DNA of 64,000 nt from Leptolyngbyaceae cyanobacterium (GTDB lineage Bacteria; Cyanobacteriota; Cyanobacteriia; Phormidesmidales; Phormidesmidaceae): contig CBDHHL010000032.1 of assembly GCA_965263355.1 (NCBI GenBank), positions 480,001 through 544,000 of the forward strand, given 5' to 3'. The position numbers and the translations under genes were made by a program. Positions 61,081 to 64,000 of this stretch are shown here, piece by piece; the stretch's first letter is position 1, and each line of letters begins with the position of its first letter. Below the pieces are notes generated by a model, which saw only the letters and a program-made list of their open reading frames with translations, searched no databases and had not been told where the DNA came from.

Positions 61081-61820
61081 GATAACGACTGTGATCATGA
61101 GAGTCCCTTGTCCAAAATCCCTATGCGGGCAGCAGGCACCTGTTTGGTGGTGAAATGGACCCGCACAAAGTTGTGGACCAACCAAAAGACCTCCAAGGTT
61201 CGTTGCAAATGCTTTCGTGCTTTCGCATAGATATTGGTTTTACGACGAAAGGCCGCATTACGTCGCCTCATCGACGCATTGAAGGCCTCAGCATGATTCG
61301 CATGAATGGTCTTCTCCTCCACGTCATGTTCTGTCTAAGGATGTTCCGGGACTGGGGCTTGATACTTTTTACGGGGACGACCTGGACGTTTCTTAGACCC
61401 CTTGTTTTTGAGACGCACTCGCACCCCTTTGGGTAATCGTTTCTTGGGACGACCCGGTTTACCCGTACGAATCGCCTCACAACAGATGTCGAAGAGGATA
61501 TTGCCATACACTCATGCACTAACGAATAGAGCATCAACGTGGGCTTAAGGTGAGCCAAACGATGTTCCCAATTGAGCACACTTTTCTTCGAGACGTGAAA
61601 TGTGCGCGCCGTTGCATTCAGACTCATGCCCTCACTTCTGGCCGTCAGGATCTCAATGTTATGGGGGGATGGGTTACCCATTCTTCCTATCTTTTGAGGT
61701 CTGTTGTTTGCCATAGGCATCACTGGAGCCCATCGCATCACTCAGCTGCATATGCGTTCAGTCCCAAAAAATGAGCATTAACACTTAGGCTTTCCCCATA
61801 AAAAATGTTTGACCACTATT
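61081..61820 (-). mobile_element. IS1-family-like transposase remnant with internal deletion
   Basis: HTH SEGMSLNATARTF..SKKSV..WE and C-terminal HANHAEAFNASMRRR..AFRRKTN.YAK...HNFVR.H; frameshifted; ends approximate. Confidence 0.8.
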
Positions 61821-61876
61821 TGTCTTATGTTATGTGTTTTATCTACTACCTAAACTTACTGAGGTATAGGTAGCGT

Positions 61877-62341
61877 CTAAAGCAAGTCAGTTAAAATTTT
61901 CTGGATATTTTCATGGGAATAAGCAGCTTTGGGATGGGCATGCATGCCCGGTTTTTGAAAATAAGGCCGTTCCCCATTCATGTGCCCCCATTCAATGGCG
62001 ACCTGACGGGCAAACTCATACAGTACCTGGGGCTGCTGAATAATATCTGTCACAATTGCTTGCAGTGTCATCAACGGTTCATCCAGGTATTTACCCACAC
62101 GCCCATCGGTTTTGATCCAGTGTTTTAGGCAAGTCTGAACTGCGCCATGTCTATCGACCAGGTGTTGATCAATAAACCCATTGATAACCGCTAGAGCCCT
62201 TAAGGGGCGAGGGACTGCAGCCTGACTGCCTTTAAGAAATGAGCTGCCCTCACGGCCAATGGCTTCACTCAGGCTAAATTTACGCCCTACCCGGATCTGC
62301 CATTGTAGGTCTTGAGGTAAGGAGTTTTCAGAAGCAGGCAT
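61877..62341 (-). CDS. Conserved cyanobacterial-type hypothetical protein
   Basis: GRKFSLSEAIGR, LYEFARQV..EWG...ERPYFQ.PG. Confidence 0.75.
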   Translation of the reverse strand: MPASENSLPQDLQWQIRVGRKFSLSEAIGREGSSFLKGSQAAVPRPLRALAVINGFIDQHLVDRHGAVQTCLKHWIKTDGRVGKYLDEPLMTLQAIVTDIIQQPQVLYEFARQVAIEWGHMNGERPYFQKPGMHAHPKAAYSHENIQKILTDLL

Positions 62342-62435
62342 CGGCGGTTAGGGTAGCTAAAATCACCGTATTAGAATATATGAGCCCTGTCTAGTGGTTC
62401 ATAATGGCAGAACCTTATAATGCGTTATGTAGCCC

Positions 62436-64000
62436 ATGGCTGGTGATTACAGTGAGCTGAATCCTAGAACCTATATTCCTGATTTGTCGCCTTTGCGGGA
62501 GGTGCACCAAGATCATTTTATTGTGTGCGGTCTGGGTAGCTTAGGTCAGCAGATAATCCTCAATTTGACTAAGTTTAGTTTTGATTCCTTTGAGGTCCAA
62601 ATTGCTGGAATTGATAGAAGTCCAGTAACGGAATGGGAGGTGGAAAACCTGCCGGATATGCTCAGTCAATCACCGATTGTCGGGGATTGTCGTCGGGATC
62701 ATGTTTTGCAAAAGGCAGGGATTGAACGATGTCGTGCGATTTTGATTGCCACCAGTGATGAAAGCACCAATGTACAAACGGCCATCGCTGTAAGAAGGCT
62801 AAATCCCAAAGTTCATATTGTGGTGCGTTCGTCACGCCAGGGGTTAAATCGATTGCTCAGTCGTCAGCTTGGGCGATTTGTTGCTCTAGATGCCACGGAA
62901 CTACCGGCCATGACCTTTGCCCTGGCTGGGTTAGAGGATAATACGCTGAGTGTATTTAATATTGATACTTTTCAGTTTCGGGTGGTAGAACGGCAGATTA
63001 CGGCCCAGGATCCTCAATATTGCAATATGCCGGTCCATCGGCTGCACCGACAGCAAATGCGGTTGCTAAATCTAAAACCCTTTAGTAATCCTCATCAGCC
63101 TATTGGTTGGGCGACAACGGCGTCGTCTATGTTTCATCGCTGGCAGCCCCATGTCAGGGTACAGGCGGGTGATCAGGTTGCCTATGTTGAGGTGCAAACC
63201 CTCACCCATAGTCAGATTCAAAATATTCCTAAACGGTCTGGCCCCTGGCATAAGTTCCGTCAAGGCATTGGCGATGTGCTGGATGGGGAATGGAAACGGC
63301 GATGGTGGAACTTTTGGCAGAGTCCAGATCAGCAGTCGCTGCGGCGAATGGTTGCGATCGCACTCACCACCGCCCTGGTGCTCTGGACCACCGGTACCCT
63401 GCTGCTCAAATTCAATATTCCTGGCATCAGTCTTACCAAAGCAGTTGTGCTAGGGGCTGTGCTAATTCTGGGCGGCTATGGCGATGTGTTTGGTGGATTT
63501 GACGAAAGTCAGGCCCCAGGTTGGGTACTGATTGCCTGTCTGATGATTGCCACCACCAGTTTGCTGATGGTAATTGGTGTTTTGGGTTGGCTGGCGGACC
63601 AGTTGCTCAGTTCTCGATTTGAGTTCTTGCAACGGCGACCCAGAGTGCCTAAAGAAAACCATGTAATCGTGGTGGGATTGGGACGTGTGGGCAAGCGCGT
63701 TAGTCGAATTTTGCAAGATCTACGTCAGCCGCTGGTAGCCATCACCCACCAGTTAGATAATCCCGCTCTACGGAACCAAATTCCTCTGTTGGAAGGACCG
63801 ATGTTGCAGCAGTTGCAAGAGGCCAATCTCTCCAATGCCCTCAGTGTCATTGCGGTCACGGACGATCCGGTCCTTAACCTAGAGGTGGCCCTGATTGCAG
63901 CAGAAGCCTTAGAACAGGAAAAGCGACCGTTTACACCGGTCATTCGCACTCTGAGCCAGCTATTTAGTGACAATATCACAGCATTTTTGCCCCAGGCACG
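62436..64000 (+). CDS. RCK/TrkA_N-containing potassium channel, runs off the window (absent from ORF track)
   Basis: Manual translation from ATG 62436: FIVCGLGSLGQ, TM helices, LGGYGD filter, second RCK HVIVVGLGRVG. Confidence 0.9.
   Translation, partial: MAGDYSELNPRTYIPDLSPLREVHQDHFIVCGLGSLGQQIILNLTKFSFDSFEVQIAGIDRSPVTEWEVENLPDMLSQSPIVGDCRRDHVLQKAGIERCRAILIATSDESTNVQTAIAVRRLNPKVHIVVRSSRQGLNRLLSRQLGRFVALDATELPAMTFALAGLEDNTLSVFNIDTFQFRVVERQITAQDPQYCNMPVHRLHRQQMRLLNLKPFSNPHQPIGWATTASSMFHRWQPHVRVQAGDQVAYVEVQTLTHSQIQNIPKRSGPWHKFRQGIGDVLDGEWKRRWWNFWQSPDQQSLRRMVAIALTTALVLWTTGTLLLKFNIPGISLTKAVVLGAVLILGGYGDVFGGFDESQAPGWVLIACLMIATTSLLMVIGVLGWLADQLLSSRFEFLQRRPRVPKENHVIVVGLGRVGKRVSRILQDLRQPLVAITHQLDNPALRNQIPLLEGPMLQQLQEANLSNALSVIAVTDDPVLNLEVALIAAEALEQEKRPFTPVIRTLSQLFSDNITAFLPQA

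Noticed and set aside
63072..63979. Short ORFs listed near the window end
   Set aside because: All overlap the long open frame of the K+ channel starting at 62436.
1..64000. CRISPR array, rRNA, tRNA
   Set aside because: No regularly spaced repeat-spacer array or recognisable structural RNA seen by eye; a covariance search was not possible.

Overview
Cyanobacterial chromosomal DNA: at least 12 HIP1 GCGATCGC octamers, plus D27-like, pentapeptide and PEP-CTERM genes; probably a filamentous Leptolyngbyaceae-type organism (inference). 1-4.4 kb is an AT-rich accessory block: cupin-like gene + NMN adenylyltransferase, a GNAT gene between repeat/attC-like elements, a YfbM remnant, and a methyltransferase-Fe/2OG hydroxylase fusion. 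4.5-11.3 kb is core-like (D27, aroC, M23, MBL, dut) and includes a chromosomal ParM/ParR-like pair. 12.3-61.8 kb is a ~48 kb region bounded by two decayed IS1-family elements. Its left part is a candidate glucan system: a PilZ-less cellulose-synthase-like GT2 with an RsbW/SpoIIAB-type kinase domain inserted in its catalytic domain, an adjacent STAS protein, GH9, GH2, a broken RTX-GH16, a TPR-less BcsC/PgaA-like barrel, a 1799-aa RTX protein, four DUF3131 domains and a REC-PP2C phosphatase. Its right part is a dense cluster of histidine kinases and c-di-GMP enzymes. The window ends inside an RCK/TrkA-type K+ channel gene missing from the ORF track. Best candidate for a new system: a polysaccharide synthase directly wired into a partner-switching (kinase/STAS/PP2C) circuit. 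All family calls come from motif recognition by eye; no database searches were run.
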